Shown here in pieces: positions 63,590-64,000 of a DNA stretch of 64,000 nt. A model generated the notes under the pieces. It did no database searches. It worked only from the letters and a program-made list of their open reading frames with translations, and was not told the DNA's origin. Numbering within the stretch: the first letter of the stretch is position 1; every line of letters starts with the position of its first letter. A program made the position numbers and the translations under genes. This DNA is from Octopus sinensis. Lineage: Eukaryota. The stretch spans positions 63,736,001-63,800,000 of the forward strand of contig NC_043000.1 of the NCBI RefSeq assembly GCF_006345805.1, given 5' to 3'.

Positions 63590-63720
63590 CTAGTATTTTA
63601 TTTATCGACCCCTTGCCCCAAAGATAAAAAGCAAAGTTGGCTTTGGTGAGATTTGAACTCAGAGTGCAGAGAGCTCAAATAAATTCCGCACAGCATTGTA
63701 ACTAATACTGTAACAATTTT
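63590..63720 (-). mobile_element. Decayed SINE family B copy
   Basis: TTTATCGACCCC...AAAGTTGGC..GATTTGAACTCAGAG. Confidence 0.6.
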
Positions 63721-64000
63721 GCTTTGAGACCAGTGGCAGCACCCCCTATTTCCACTTGATATTTTCGATAACATTCAATATAATGAGTCCTTTTTTCTTT
63801 AATTCTTTCTTTATACTTGTACATTATATAATCTTTAAGCTTAAAGTCAGTAGCCATCCCCTAATTTATGAAATAAATACAAAAATCCTTGTATAGAACT
63901 GTGTGCTTCACGGTTCCTGCAATGTGGTGTTTGGCTTTTGTGTGCTTGCTCACATGTCCAAGATAGGAAGCTTCACACTAGGGAGAGAGAGCACTGTGTG

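Overview
AT-rich eukaryotic genomic DNA, very dense in microsatellites and interspersed repeats. The SINE families look like those of Octopus genomes (from recall, not a database search). Two host genes are supported, both on +. The first is an intronless threonine aspartase 1 (TASP1) ORF at 37466-38608. The second is an unidentified multi-exon gene: five in-frame coding exons between 47737 and 61956 giving about 260-280 aa, two probable 5' leader exons at ~42.8-43.6 kb, and a probable GC-AG intron. The remainder is mostly at least four tRNA-derived SINE families, 5'-truncated RTE and CR1/L2 LINE ends, a Tc1 relic, hAT and mariner MITEs, several Helitrons and a Helentron-type element. One internally deleted Helitron keeps 23-aa STPR-like repeats and the N-terminal Rep/Hel region. 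The most notable non-coding signals are a minimal type I hammerhead ribozyme fold with a compensatory U3-A8 core in a Penelope-like fragment (31308-31353, -), a near-perfect 52-bp hairpin (7134-7252), and inverted young SINE pairs inside and across introns of the second gene. Most short ORFs in the supplied track are microsatellite or antisense artefacts. Repeat boundaries were read by eye and are approximate unless termini are quoted.
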